Assembly: GCA_963827235.1 (NCBI GenBank)
Contig: CAWHAE010000012.1
Span: forward strand, 1,344,001-1,408,000
DNA from: an uncultured bacterium
Lineage (GTDB): Bacteria > Chloroflexota > UBA5177 > JANWHV01
DNA length: 64,000 nucleotides
Reading direction: 5' to 3'
Shown here: piece by piece, positions 22,198 through 33,414 of the stretch
Numbering within the stretch: position 1 is the first letter of the stretch
Layout: each line of letters begins with the position of its first letter
The notes under the pieces: model-generated
Database searches by the model: none
Told to the model about the DNA's origin: nothing
The model's input: the letters and a program-made list of their open reading frames with translations, nothing else
Position numbers and translations under genes: made by a program

Positions 22198-22644
22198 ATG
22201 CCGAACGCCGCGTTGAGCACCGCGCATGCCGCTTGGGACGGCGATCTGATTCACGGAAAGGGAAGCTTCACGCTCGGCAGCGGGGCCGTGGGCGAGTTGC
22301 CCGTTACCTGGGCGGCTCGAACCGAGCGTACGCCGGGTGCCACGAGCCCCGAGGAGCTCATTGCCGCCGCGCACGCGGCGTGCTATGCCATGGCTTTCTC
22401 GCATACCCTGGCCGGCAAGGGCACGCCGCCGACCCACCTGGACGTCACCGCGACCTGCACCTTTGCACCTGCCGACGGCGGCTTCAAGATCAGCGCGATG
22501 GCGTTGCAGGTGCGTGGGCGCGTGCCGGGCCTGGACCAGGCGGGCTTTGAGGCCGCTGCCAAAGAAGGCGAGCGAGGCTGCCCGGTTTCCAACGCCCTGC
22601 GCAATAACGTCGAGATCACGGTCAAGGCCGAGCTCGCCGGCTAG
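22198..22644 (+). CDS. osmC: OsmC-family peroxiredoxin
   Basis: SPEELIAAAHAACYAMA and GCPVSNAL (two Cys). Confidence 0.9.
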   Translation: MPNAALSTAHAAWDGDLIHGKGSFTLGSGAVGELPVTWAARTERTPGATSPEELIAAAHAACYAMAFSHTLAGKGTPPTHLDVTATCTFAPADGGFKISAMALQVRGRVPGLDQAGFEAAAKEGERGCPVSNALRNNVEITVKAELAG

Positions 22645-22767
22645 CCTCCGCTCAGCCGCCGGGGCTGGATGCGCTTCGCTCGTCCAGACCGCGGATTCAC
22701 CATGGGCGGGCCGTGACGTCTCATCACGCCCGGCCCGCTCGCCGGCGCGGGTCACCGAGCAACAGCG

Positions 22768-23785
22768 CTACTCGGCGCAGCTCAGCACAATCTTGCCGAA
22801 CTGCGTGGAATCCTGCAGCCGCGCCTGGGCCGCGCCGGCTTCCGCCAGGGGAAAGACTCTGTCGATAGCCGGTTTCGCCACGCCGGCGGCAAACAGATCC
22901 ACCATGGCCTTGAACTCGGGCGGCGTGCCCATGGTCGATCCGCGCACATCGAGCTGCTTCCAGAAGATGCGACGCAGCACCATGCCGGGCACCGCGCCCA
23001 GCGTGGAGCCGTAGATCACCATGCGAGCGCCCGGTCGCGCCACGTCGAGAACCTGGTTGAAGAAATCGCCGCCCACGCTGTCGATCACCACGTCCGGCCC
23101 CTTGCCGCCCGCGGCAGCGCGGACCTGCTCCACCCAGCCGGTCGCTCGCAGAGTTAAAGCCGGCATCGGCGCCCAGCGCCGCGGCTCGCGCCAGCTTCTC
23201 GTCGCTCCCGGAGAGCACGAGCGTGCGCGCGCCGAGGTGGCGCGCGAAGATCAAGGCGAAGGTCGCCACTCCGCCGCCGATGCCCGTTATCAGCACCGTC
23301 TCGCCGCGCGCCACCCGAGCCCGCGTCACCACCGCCCGGTAGGCAGTGAGCCCGGCCAGGGGAATGGCCGCCGCTTCCTCCCACGACAGCGGCTCGAGGC
23401 TTGGGCACGACGGCGCTCGCCGGCACGCACACGAGCTCGGCGTACGTGCCGTTCTCCGGCAGGCCCAGAATGCGCCAGCCGGGCCCCTGGATCGCGGGAT
23501 CGTCTCCCCAGTCCAGCGAGGGGTTGATCACCACCTCCTGGCCGGTCTGCACCGTGGTCACGCCGCTCGCCGACCGCGGCTACGATGCCCGCGCCGTCGG
23601 AGCCGGGGATGATCGGCAGCCGTGATGCCGGCATACCGGCCGGTACGGATATACGTGTCGCGGCGGTTCAGCGCCGCCGCGCGGAGCCGTACCACCACCT
23701 GGCCCGCGCCGGCCACCGGGTCTTCCACCTCCTCCAGACGCAACACCTCGGGCCCGCCGATCTCGCGCTGCACGATCGCTCGCAT
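22768..23785 (-). pseudogene. MDR-family (quinone oxidoreductase-like) dehydrogenase with about four frameshifts
   Basis: Consecutive pieces AAALNRRD / IPGSDGAG / GQEVVINP..ILGLPENGTYAE / ITGIGGGVA / RGSTMG..FGKIVL in different frames. Confidence 0.8.
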
Positions 23786-24258
23786 TGGCTTCCTTCCTCC
23801 ACGGACTGGCCTCGCCGTCGCCGCTCCCCCGGCCCGTCTGCGCGGCGGACGCGGAAGGCCGGCACCAGACCGCACCTACCTCGACCCTTGCCGACGCGGG
23901 CGCCCTGCAGATGGCTCCCATTGTCCCCTCGTCCGCGTCAATGAGTGCCGGCCGGCGGCTGTTGTGGGTTATCCGGATTCACCTCTTGAGAACGCTGCAG
24001 CCGCCGAGGTCATAGTGGAAATGGTCGCGTGCCCAGCACCTTGCCTATGGACTGAGAACCCACGCGACCACCTTACCCGCGTGTCCTCCCGGGCGCAGGA
24101 AGCAGCCGCGCTATCACCAGCGATTCCCTATCATGTGGGTAGAGCGTGCTGCGGCGGCGAGGAGAGACAACCGTGAAGCGATCGTGCGACGATGCCGGGC
24201 TGCTGCCGGCCACGTGCGAGCGCGCTCGAGCGGGGCGTACCCAGGCGGAGCATCAGGC

Positions 24259-25509
24259 GTGAGTCCAGCTCCGGCCGGCCGCGAGCCGGCTGCGAGCGAG
24301 ATACCGCCCGCGGATTCGGGCCCGCCGTCGCGCGGCACGGCGGCGGAAGTCTTTCTGGCCGCCCTGAAGCTCGGACTCACCTCTTTCGGCGGCCCGGTCG
24401 CACACCTCGGTTACTTTCGCGCCGAGTACGTCGATCGCCGGCAGTGGATCGACAACGCTCGGTATGCCGACCTGGTCGGCCTCTGCCAGTTCTTGCCGGG
24501 CCCGGCCAGCAGCGAGCTCGGCATCGCGATCGGCATAATCCGGGCCGGCCTGCTGGGCGGCATCGCCGCCTGGCTGGGCTTCACCCTGCCTTCGGCCTGC
24601 GCGCTCACCGTCTTCGCCTTCCTGGTGCGAAGTGGCAACGCGGTAGACTCCGGGTGGATACACGGACTGCAGATCGTGGCGGTTGCCGTGGTTGCCCAGG
24701 CCGTCTGGACCATGGCGCGAAGCCTGGCGCCGGATCGGCCTCGGGCGACGCTCGCCGTGCTTGCCGCCATCGTCATGCTGATCACGAGCTCGCCCGCCGC
24801 CCAGGTGCTGGTAATCGCGGCCGGCGCCCTGCTGGGCTGGCGCTTCCTGCCGACGGAGAAAGGCGACGAGCGTTCGCACCTGCCCGCCACGGCCGGCCGC
24901 CGGACGGCGCTCGTCGCAGGGACGATTCTGGTCGCCCTGTTGATCGGCCTGCCGCTGCTGCGACGGTTCATCTCCGCGCACTGGCTGGCCCTGGTGGACG
25001 GATTCTACCGTGCAGGCGCGCTCGTGTTCGGCGGCGGTCACGTCGTCCTGCCCCTCCTGCAGGCAGCCGTGGCAGCGCCGGGTTGGGTGACGAACGCCCA
25101 GTTCACAGCGGGTTACGGTGCCGCGCAGGCCGTGCCGGGCCCTCTCTTCACCTTCGCCGCCTACCTGGGCGGCGTGGAGGGCCCGGCACCAAACGGCGTG
25201 GCCGGCGCCGCGATCGCCTTGAGCGCCATCTTCCTGCCGGCCTTTCTGTTCGTGCTGGCGGCGCTACCGCTCTGGAGCGCGCTGCAGGCCCGCCCCGCGG
25301 TAGGCACGGCACTCCGCGGCGTAAACGCGGCGGTAGTCGGCTTGCTGATCGCCGCGCTCTACAACCCGGTGTGGACCAACGCGATTCACCGCTCCCTGGA
25401 CGCCGCGCTCGCCCTAGCCGCCTTCGGGCTGCTTGCGATCTGGCGCCTGCCGCCGTGGTTGGTCGTCCTGCTGGCCGCCGGCGGCGGCGCCCTCATCGCC
25501 ACGCGCTGA
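24259..25509 (+). CDS. chrA: Chromate efflux transporter (long-chain CHR)
   Basis: LGLTSFGGPVAHLG, CQFLPGPASS, GALVFGGGHVVLP, AQAVPGP; start inferred at GTG 24259. Confidence 0.92.
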   Translation: MSPAPAGREPAASEIPPADSGPPSRGTAAEVFLAALKLGLTSFGGPVAHLGYFRAEYVDRRQWIDNARYADLVGLCQFLPGPASSELGIAIGIIRAGLLGGIAAWLGFTLPSACALTVFAFLVRSGNAVDSGWIHGLQIVAVAVVAQAVWTMARSLAPDRPRATLAVLAAIVMLITSSPAAQVLVIAAGALLGWRFLPTEKGDERSHLPATAGRRTALVAGTILVALLIGLPLLRRFISAHWLALVDGFYRAGALVFGGGHVVLPLLQAAVAAPGWVTNAQFTAGYGAAQAVPGPLFTFAAYLGGVEGPAPNGVAGAAIALSAIFLPAFLFVLAALPLWSALQARPAVGTALRGVNAAVVGLLIAALYNPVWTNAIHRSLDAALALAAFGLLAIWRLPPWLVVLLAAGGGALIATR

Positions 25510-25604
25510 GCCGCCGCCCAGTTGCCGGCACAGACTATTAGCTTCTCGGGGAGTACTATGAAGGACAACGTGGAACCGGATCAGCGTCCCAAGGGAGTCC
25601 GTCT

Positions 25605-25832
25605 ATGGCTACAGTCGTCACCTTCATGCAATCGCTCGGGGCTCGCCTCATGGTCCAGCTGGCCGGCAGGCACGGTGTTGCCTGGGTGCTCGGCTCGACA
25701 CTCGGCCTCGCCGTGATCGGCGCGGTCGCGACGAACCCGGCAGTCGCCGGTACGCCGTCGCGACCTGCCACGGTCCAGCCCAATGCGACAGTGGCCTCGC
25801 AGCCCAGCCATCACTGCGACGGCGACTGGTAG
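25605..25832 (+). CDS. Small hypothetical membrane/secreted protein (75 aa)
   Basis: SD AAGGGAG upstream of ATG; one hydrophobic segment; ends SHHCDGDW. Confidence 0.45.
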   Translation: MATVVTFMQSLGARLMVQLAGRHGVAWVLGSTLGLAVIGAVATNPAVAGTPSRPATVQPNATVASQPSHHCDGDW

Positions 25833-26378
25833 CCGCTGCGCCCAGACGCGCAGCCCTGCCCGGCACGGGCTCAATCGGGCCTTGCTGCTGGAGGAGGGCG
25901 TCCGCAATAGCGCTCCGCCGAAGAGCCTCGTTCACGGGCAGCACCGGCACTCGGTGACTATTGGCAGCCTGTGCTCTCAGCGCCGGCGCCTGATGGACTG
26001 CGCCGAGCCTGCGCGCACGGAATCGCGGCAGCATGCCGGGAGCGATCGTGCTTGCCCACACGGCGTGTCGCAACCCCCGTGGGCAGGCAGCGAGCTGCCG
26101 AGGCATGGGCATGGACCACGCCGCCGGCCACCGTCGTCGCGGCGCGGGCGCCTTCGTGGTGTGCCTGCTCTGCCGCACGCGGGAAGCTGCTCGCTTGCAC
26201 TGACGGCCCCGGCGCGGACCCGAATGCACCGTGCCCGGTCCGATGCACGCGAGCAAAAAGCGGCACGAACAGGAGGCAAAGAGGAGTAGACTGAGTGCAG
26301 GGCTTGGCAGTGCGGCGATCGCGCGAGCGGCATGATCGTACTTGGAACTGAGTCCGCTTGTACAGAGAGGAGGTCGCC

Positions 26379-27341
26379 ATGTACGCCCGCAAGCTTGGTC
26401 GTACAGGTCTCAAAGTCTCACCCCTGTGCCTGGGCACCATGCAGTTCGGCTGGACGGCCGATGAAGCAGTCTCATTCACCGTGCTCGACACCTACGTCGA
26501 GGCCGGCGGCAATTTCGTCGACACGGCCGACGTCTACACGCGATGGTCCGAGGGCAACCCCGGCGGTGTGTCGGAGCAGATCATCGGCCGCTGGATGAAG
26601 GCGCGCGGCAACCGCGAGAGCATTGTGCTGGCCACCAAAGTGCGCGGCGCCATGGGCGCCGGTGCAAACGACCAGGGGCTCTCACGCCGTCACATCGTCG
26701 GCGCCGTCGAGGCGTCGCTCAGGCGGCTGCAGACCGACTACATCGATCTCTACCAGGCCCATTTCGACGACGAGGATACGCCGCCCGACGAGACGATGAG
26801 CGCCTTCGACGATCTCGTGCACCAGGGCAAGGTTCGCTACGTCGGCGCCTCAAACTACAGCGCCTGGCGGCTTACCCGTGCTCTCTGGGAAAGCGACAAA
26901 CACAGGCTCGTCCGCTACGAGAGCCTGCAACCGCACTACAACCTGGCCCACCGCGAGGAGTTCGAGCGCGAGCTGGAGCCGTTGTGCCGCGAGCAGCATC
27001 TCGCCGTCATACCCTACTCCCCTCTGGGCGGCGGCTTCCTCTCCGGCAAGTACCGCTTGGGCCAGCCCTTGCCCGAGAGCGCGAGGACGGACAGGATCGT
27101 CAAGAGCTATCTGAACGAGCGCGGAATGCGCGTGCTGGCAGCACTCGACGTCGCCGCCTCGCAGCATGAGGCCACGGTGGCGCAGGTTGCGCTGGCCTGG
27201 CTGCTGGCCCGGCCGAGCATCACGGCGCCCATCGTCGGCGCCAACACGCCGGACCAATTGCGCGAGCTCTTGCCTGCCACGGAGATCAGCCTCTCGCTCG
27301 AGGCGATCATGGCGATCGACGAGGCGAGCACCTGGACGTAG
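26379..27341 (+). CDS. Aldo/keto reductase
   Basis: SD AGGAGG; [38 protein letters not shown]. Confidence 0.95.
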   Translation: MYARKLGRTGLKVSPLCLGTMQFGWTADEAVSFTVLDTYVEAGGNFVDTADVYTRWSEGNPGGVSEQIIGRWMKARGNRESIVLATKVRGAMGAGANDQGLSRRHIVGAVEASLRRLQTDYIDLYQAHFDDEDTPPDETMSAFDDLVHQGKVRYVGASNYSAWRLTRALWESDKHRLVRYESLQPHYNLAHREEFERELEPLCREQHLAVIPYSPLGGGFLSGKYRLGQPLPESARTDRIVKSYLNERGMRVLAALDVAASQHEATVAQVALAWLLARPSITAPIVGANTPDQLRELLPATEISLSLEAIMAIDEASTWT

Positions 27342-27451
27342 CCTGCGCCGATCCCTCTATGGCACTTGGGGACGTCGAATCGGAGATAGACACGGGCTGC
27401 CGCTCCGGCAGGGCGGCAGCCCGTGTCGCGTTCGGAGACCGAATAGCGCGC

Positions 27452-27868
27452 TCAGGCCGTCTTCAGCTCCGAGGTGCAGAAAGCGCAGCGAGTAGCGGCC
27501 GCGGGCACCGAGCTCAGGCAGAACGGGCAGTCCTTGGTCGTGGGCGCGGAAGGCACCACTTGCGTCTTGCGCAAGGTCAAGAAGAGGTTCAACGGCTTCA
27601 CCACGAAGAAGAAGATCGCGGCGGCAATGATCACGAAGGCAATCAGCGCGTTGATGAAATCGCCGTAGCGGAAGATACTGCCATGAATCGTGAAGGTGAG
27701 GCTCGAGAAGTCCGCCTTGCCCGGGATGGAGATGATTGGCGTGATGATGTCCTTCACCAGGGCGTTCACGACGGCTGAGAAGGCAGCTCCGATTACTACC
27801 GCCACTGCAAGGTCAACGACATTGCCGCGAAGAATGAACGCCTTGAACTCGCTCGCCAAGTTGCCCAT
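27452..27868 (-). CDS. mscL: Large-conductance mechanosensitive channel with C-terminal Zn ribbon
   Basis: EFKAFILRGNVVDLAVAVVIGAAF; YGDFINA; CPFC...RCAFC. Confidence 0.95.
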   Translation of the reverse strand: MGNLASEFKAFILRGNVVDLAVAVVIGAAFSAVVNALVKDIITPIISIPGKADFSSLTFTIHGSIFRYGDFINALIAFVIIAAAIFFFVVKPLNLFLTLRKTQVVPSAPTTKDCPFCLSSVPAAATRCAFCTSELKTA

Positions 27869-28193
27869 GGTGATCCCCTCCGCACTGCTGCGTACACGAC
27901 GGACTGCGCGATCAGCTGCCTGATGCGCTGGGCGCGAGCCGGCGAGACGCGTCCCGATGACTCGCTGCCTCTATGGCAGTGTAGCACAGCCCTGAGCAGC
28001 TCCGGCCCAGGCCTATTGGCCCGGGTTCACCTGGGCATTGTGACGCAACGGCCTGCCGTCTCGCGACGATGGAAGGCATGTCGGGCATGTCCGAAGGCGG
28101 TCGAGACGACCGCGGTCCCAGGATCCGCGCACAGAAGCGCTGGATCACGGATTTCAGGTCAGGGCCGCCGGCCCGGCCTGGTGACGGGAACCG

Positions 28194-28817
28194 TCAACCG
28201 GCAGGCTGGTCGGGCACGCCGATGCTGCGCAGCAGCAGCTGGCGCAGCGCCGGCAGGGTGGCCTCGAGCGCCCCAGGCGTGGCCTCGGGGTCGAGCAGCC
28301 AGTAGAGCACGACTTCGCTGATCGCGCCCAGCCACACGCAGGCGGCAACGCCGGTATCGAGCGGCGCGATGGCGCCCTCGGCTACCGCGCGCGCCAGATA
28401 CGACTCGATGATGCGCACGAATGTGCCGCGCGCCGCGCGCACCTCTTCGTCGATCGGAGGGCCAAGGCCGCTTGTCTCCACCAGCAAGAGGTGCGTCAAG
28501 CGGCGATTGGCGGCGAACGTGTGGATGACCACGCCGAGGGCGGCTTCGACCCGGGCCAGGGCCCCGTGCTCGCGGGCGATCGCTTCCTGCACCTCGGCGG
28601 CGAGCATGGTTACCAGATCACTGACCAGCGACTCGAAGATCGCCTGCTTATTGGCGAAATGGAAGTAGACGCCACCCTTGGAGCTGCCGGCCTGGCGCGC
28701 GATCTCGTCGACGCTGGCGGCCCCGTAACCGCGCTCGGCGAACACGGACATCGCGGCCTGCAGAATCCGTTCCCGCGTGGCGGCCTTGTCGCGCGGGGCT
28801 CGCGCCGTCGTGCTCAT
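28194..28817 (-). CDS. TetR/AcrR-family regulator, directly downstream of menG
   Basis: TRERILQAAMSVFAERGY...DEIARQAGSSKGGVYFHFANK. Confidence 0.92.
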   Translation of the reverse strand: MSTTARAPRDKAATRERILQAAMSVFAERGYGAASVDEIARQAGSSKGGVYFHFANKQAIFESLVSDLVTMLAAEVQEAIAREHGALARVEAALGVVIHTFAANRRLTHLLLVETSGLGPPIDEEVRAARGTFVRIIESYLARAVAEGAIAPLDTGVAACVWLGAISEVVLYWLLDPEATPGALEATLPALRQLLLRSIGVPDQPAG

Positions 28818-28819
28818 TG

Positions 28820-29575
28820 CTACTTGACGGCCAGGTGGATGGCAATCGTGCCGAAGTTCAGCAAGCGGTAGCGCGCGCGACTGAAGCCCGCCTCCACCAT
28901 CATCTCGCCCAGGGCATCGGCATCCGGGAAGCTGGTGAGCGAGTGCGGCAAGTAGAGGTAGGCGTCCCGGTCCCCGGAGAGCACGGCGCCCAGCAGGGGC
29001 GCTATGTGAAAGAAGTAGAAATTGAAGGGCAGGCGAACGAGCGCCGATCGCGGGTGCGTCAGCTCCAGGCAGACCAACCGGCCGCCCGGCTTGAGCACTC
29101 GCCACATTTCGTGCAGGCCGCCCGGCAAGTCGGACAGGTTGCGCATGCCGAAGGAAATGGTCACCGCGTCGAAGCCGCCGGTCGCGTAGGGAAGGCGAAG
29201 CGCATCGCCCACCACGAAGACGGGCACCGCCTGCAGACCGTCGGCGAAGCCGCGGCGTGCCGCGGCTTGGGCCTGTGCGGCCACTATCATGGGCTCACAG
29301 AAGTCCAGCCCGTCGATCCGCGCCGACGGTGCGCGGCGAGCAAGCGCAAAGGCGACGGCGCCGGTCCCGGTGGCCACGTCCAGCGCGCGGCCTCCCGCGG
29401 GCACGTCTGTGGTCCGCGCTACCAGCTCTCGCCAGCGGCGATCCTGACCGAACGTGGAGAGGGTATTGAAGAGATCGTAGCGGGGCACGATACGGGCAAA
29501 GAGCGATCGCACGTACTCGGCACGCGCCGTGCCGCTCAGGAACGCTCCCCGATCGCCCGGCACCTGGCTGGACAT
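28820..29575 (-). CDS. menG: Demethylmenaquinone methyltransferase (UbiE/MenG)
   Basis: VRSLFARIVPRYDLFN, LDVATGTG, FGMRN, RVLKPGG, YLYLPHSL..F. Confidence 0.9.
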   Translation of the reverse strand: MSSQVPGDRGAFLSGTARAEYVRSLFARIVPRYDLFNTLSTFGQDRRWRELVARTTDVPAGGRALDVATGTGAVAFALARRAPSARIDGLDFCEPMIVAAQAQAAARRGFADGLQAVPVFVVGDALRLPYATGGFDAVTISFGMRNLSDLPGGLHEMWRVLKPGGRLVCLELTHPRSALVRLPFNFYFFHIAPLLGAVLSGDRDAYLYLPHSLTSFPDADALGEMMVEAGFSRARYRLLNFGTIAIHLAVK

Positions 29576-29693
29576 AGCCGTCTCCTTGAACTGCGCCGGC
29601 GGCAGCCACCGTGGCCGTGTCTCGGGCTGGGCGCCACTTCGTCCCTCAATGGATGATACCGGCGCGGGGCGACGACGGGTTCAGACGTGGAAG

Positions 29694-31792
29694 TCAGCTT
29701 TGTTCCATGGGAGGATTTCCTCTGAAAAGCATGTAGCACAGAGATGTCACTTTGTAGAGCCATGGTATAGTCAGAAACCGTGTCCTCGCCCCGAGGACTC
29801 GGCATACAGGGCGATCACGGCCCGAGATCCAGCCGCGCTGCTGCAACACCTGCCTGCCCAACTGGCCCAGCGTGACGTCGTTCCCGGTGGCGGCCAGCTC
29901 CGGATGGTATTCCATGCGCGCGTTCTCGAAGTACTGCACCAGGTATGTCCGGCCCGTGCCGTCGCCGTTCTGCTCGTACAGCGGCTGCGAGATCGGCGGT
30001 CCGAACAGCAGCGCGCCATGACGGGTGTTCCAAAAGGTGAGGAACAGGCCGGAGAGCGTGTGGTGCGTGGCGGCAAACCACGTCTGCCCGGACGAACCGC
30101 AGCAAGCGGCGGCAGGGAACTTCCGTCCTGCCGTCAGCTGCGCACCCAGCGGGCTGATGACCACGTGTCCCTGCGCGACCGCCAACCGGCTGCGTTCGAA
30201 GTACTGCACGAGCTGCCCGCTCTCCGTGAAGGCCTCGGTCAGGGGGAGGCCGAAGATCTTCAGGCCGCCGTTCGCGGTGTAGAAGGCGAGGAACGGCGCC
30301 CGCAGCGAGTGATGCGTGGCGGGGAAGTAGGTATCGCCGGTCGGATTGCCTGGTGGCGCGGGCACCGGGCTCGTGGGAATGCTTGACCACGTGCCGCCCA
30401 CGCGGGTGAACACGTAGGCCACGCCCTGGTCTTTGTGGCCGTCGACGTTCTTGCCGTCAGCGCCGATCAGAATGGTGGCACCGTCGGCGCTCAGGGCCAC
30501 GGCACTGCCGAAACTCTCGCTGGGAGCGCCGTCGCCGTCGGTAAGCTCGCTCTGTTGGCTCCAGGTGCCGCCGGAACGGGTGAATACGGAGGCTGCGCCT
30601 TGCTTGTCGTTCTTGCCGACCTTCTTGTTGCCGTCGCCGGCCAAGGCGGTGGCGCCGTCGGCGCTCAAAGCCACGGGGCCGCCGACCGGCAACTCGCTCC
30701 GCCGGCTCCAGGTACTGCCTGACCGCGAGAACATGTAGCCCACGCCGCCGGCTGCGACCAGGGCGGCGGTGCCGTCGCCGCTCAGGGCCACGAAGCCGGC
30801 CGTCAGCTTGCTCTGCTGGTGCCACGCGCTGCTCGTACCGCTGGAGCGAGCGAACACGTAGGTCACGCCGTGACCGTCGCCCCGCCAGGTTATCATGGTC
30901 TTATGGTCGGCGCCGACCAGCGCAGTGGCGCCATCGCTGCTCAGAGCCACGGACGAGCCGAGGTCGTCGTATTGGGCGCCGTCGCCGGCCGTCAGCTCGC
31001 TCTGCTGGCGCCAGGTGCCGCCGGAGCGGGTGAACACGTAGATCGCGCCCTGACTCTCGTTGTCGCCGACCGTCGTGCCGCCGGCTCCGACCAGGGCGGT
31101 TGCACCGTCGCCGCTCAGGGCCACGGAGTCCCCGAAGTAGTCGTTGCTGTCACCGGCAGGAGCAGTCAGTTCTTCCCCCTGCTCTGCTTGCTCCAGGTGT
31201 CGCCGGAGCGGGTGAACACGTAGGCCGCGCCCTCACCGCCCATGTCGGTGCCGGCCGCCGAGCCCCAAGCGCCGACCAGGGCGGTGCTGCCGTTGGCGCT
31301 CAGGGCCAGTGACGAGCCGAAGTAGTCATCGGCATTGGGATTGCCGTCCTCCGGCTCACTGGAGCCTGCACCGGTATCTCCGTCGCTCAGCTTGCTCTGC
31401 TGGGTCCATGTGCTGCTCGTGCTGCTCGGGCGCGTGAACACGTAGGCCGCCTCAAAGGCGCCGACCAGGGCGGTGGTGCCGTCGGCGCTCAGAACCACGG
31501 ACCGGCCGAAATAGCCGTTGGCAGCACCGTCGCCGGCTGTCAGCTCGCTCTGCTGGCTCCACGTGATGCTCGTGCTGCTCAGGCGCTGCACTGCCGCCGC
31601 CGGCCCCGTCTGGGCCTTCGCCCGGATCATCGGGCCACCAAGCGTGGATGCCCGCCCCGCCGGCGAGAACGCGCCGGGCGCGGCACGTGTCACCGCGGGC
31701 CTCGCCCCCTGCTCGGCCTGTGCACCCAGCATGCTGAGGAACAGGGCACAGGGACACCACACGCCCAGCAGTCGCAGAGCTCGCCGCTTCAT
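29694..31792 (-). pseudogene. Secreted FG-GAP-repeat protein with C-terminal YFPxTxH repeat domain; frameshift near 31165
   Basis: Repeats FGxSVALSxDGxTALVGA...AYVFTRSGGTWxQQSEL; C-terminal YFPATHH..GGLKIFGLPLTE..QYFER / QYFENARMEYHP. Confidence 0.8.
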
Positions 31793-31894
31793 GTCGCCAT
31801 TCCCTTCCTCGCACGTGAATGCCGGTGCAGGCTACGGGCTTATCGGCGACATGGCACGCGCGTGAGACCTGGCATACGCCATGCGGAGGATCCA

Positions 31895-31998
31895 AGCCCG
31901 GGCACCGGCCTCATCATACAGCCGGACTCATGCGTGTGTCACCGTCGTCTGAAACGCGGCGCTCCCGGCCGGCGCCATGGCAGCGAGCCGCCGGAACG
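31895..31998. repeat. Left copy of ~105-bp direct repeat (att-like; duplicated 3' end of the CPT-like gene)
   Basis: Matches 44084-44188 with ~5 substitutions and 1 indel. Confidence 0.9.
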
Positions 31999-32353
31999 GC
32001 CACGATCCCCACAGCGCTGAGCCGCCGGCTGCGGCCGGACGGGAAGGGATCCCCACTGCGGTGGGCGCCCGGCCGGCTGCGGCCGGGTGTGGCTGAAACG
32101 CAGATACACACAGATGACGCAGATGGGCTCGGCGAGGGGGTGTGACGGAGAAGGCGAAAGGGCCGCCTGCTGTGGCCGGATGAGAGCGAGCGGTGCGGCC
32201 GTCGATCTGCGGCCATGGTGCTGCCCGTTTCTTGCGTATATACACCGTATCGCCCGTCCTCCTTCCCCCAACCATTTGCAACCATTTGCAAGCATTCTGA
32301 GATCCGCGACCCGGCTGGACCCGGTACATGGGCTCCGTCCGGGCGCCGGTAAG

Positions 32354-32408
32354 TAGAACAGATATTCTATATCCGGACGTAGTATAGCACGGAATGGCAG
32401 GGTGTCAA
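32354..32408 (-). promoter_or_regulatory. Sigma70-type promoter with downstream LexA-like box
   Basis: Minus strand TTGACA-16 nt-TATACT with extended TG (32408-32381); TAGAAC-agat-ATTCTA at 32354-32369. Confidence 0.65.
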
Positions 32409-32798
32409 GGAACACGCGCGGAGCCGCGTGGGGTGAGCCCATAGCCTGGCGCGAGCTGCAAACGCCGGCAAATCACCGGCCGGTGCCACGTGGACGTCGA
32501 CGGCCTGAGCATCACCCGCAGGCGGGTACCCGGCTCATGGCAGAGACGAGAGCATAATGCTCTCTGGTTCGGCAGCTGAGGCTGTCGAGGAGCAAAGCAG
32601 AGAAAGGCGGTCGGCCCATGCATCGGGCGACTCTTATAGACGGCGCTTGGGGAATGGATTCGCGCGCGATCCGTGGTGCAGGTCGTCCTCGTGGCCACGG
32701 TCATCGGGTGCTCGTCGCGGGGCGCGGGTCGTCTCCAGCGGCGAGGATCCCTTGACCTCGCAAGCAGTGGGGTGGCAATTACATCCTGTATGTACTGG

Positions 32799-33410
32799 CT
32801 ACGTAAGAGCGGCAATCAGCTGGGCGACCTCGCGATAGCACTTATCGAAAGAGTCGGCGCTGCGCGCCTGCTCAAGATCAAAGAGGGCGGTGAGCGCGGG
32901 CTGGTCCGTCGTCTGGCTGTACTTTCTGCCGTACGGCATATGCCGGCCAAGCCATTCCTTTGCACCGCGAATGCTCTCGGGATCGGGCGGTGACTGAAGG
33001 TCGTCCGGCAGGCCGCGTTTGCCGGCGAGGGATGCCGCCGCCGCCAGGAACCATGCCTCACACTCGCGTTTTGCCAGCACGACACTGATTGGCCGGTCCG
33101 GGCGCACCTGTTGGGCGCGATCTCGCAGCTGCGGCCCAAGCGCTGCCGGACAATCGTCATCGGCGTCGGCGAGCACGACGATCGCGCCGCCACGGCCTAT
33201 CATGCGGGCAGACAGCTCTACGGCCCGTTCGATGCCATCGGGCTGAACCAGAGCCCCACGAGGAATCCGCTTGGTGACCTTGACATCTACGTAGGTATTC
33301 GGGTCGAGGTCCGCGGCAATTCGGCGCACCAATATGGGAAGGGCCAGCTCGTCCGCCTGGCCCTCGACGATGCACGCGATCGTGCGCTCAGCGCTACGCT
33401 CATCCGCCAT
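32799..33410 (-). CDS. DUF4276-family (TOPRIM-like) protein
   Basis: IVEGQADELALPIL, VLADADDDCPA, ECEAWFLA, YSQTTDQP, SFDK. Confidence 0.8.
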   Translation of the reverse strand: MADERSAERTIACIVEGQADELALPILVRRIAADLDPNTYVDVKVTKRIPRGALVQPDGIERAVELSARMIGRGGAIVVLADADDDCPAALGPQLRDRAQQVRPDRPISVVLAKRECEAWFLAAAASLAGKRGLPDDLQSPPDPESIRGAKEWLGRHMPYGRKYSQTTDQPALTALFDLEQARSADSFDKCYREVAQLIAALT

Positions 33411-33414
33411 TCGT

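Noticed and set aside
29680-29700. cagac-N6-gtcag upstream of menG as a second copy of the menF operator
   Set aside because: Spacing and sequence differ too much from the 42-bp palindrome
30400-31570. Recurrent DNA repeats (gccgtcggcgctcagggccac etc.) as a CRISPR or non-coding array
   Set aside because: They are coding FG-GAP repeats with degenerate codons; no constant repeat-spacer structure or cas genes
31914-32291. 125-aa minus ORF ending RVSDDGDTRMSPAV like the CPT protein
   Set aside because: The similarity comes only from the att duplication; the rest has no coding signature
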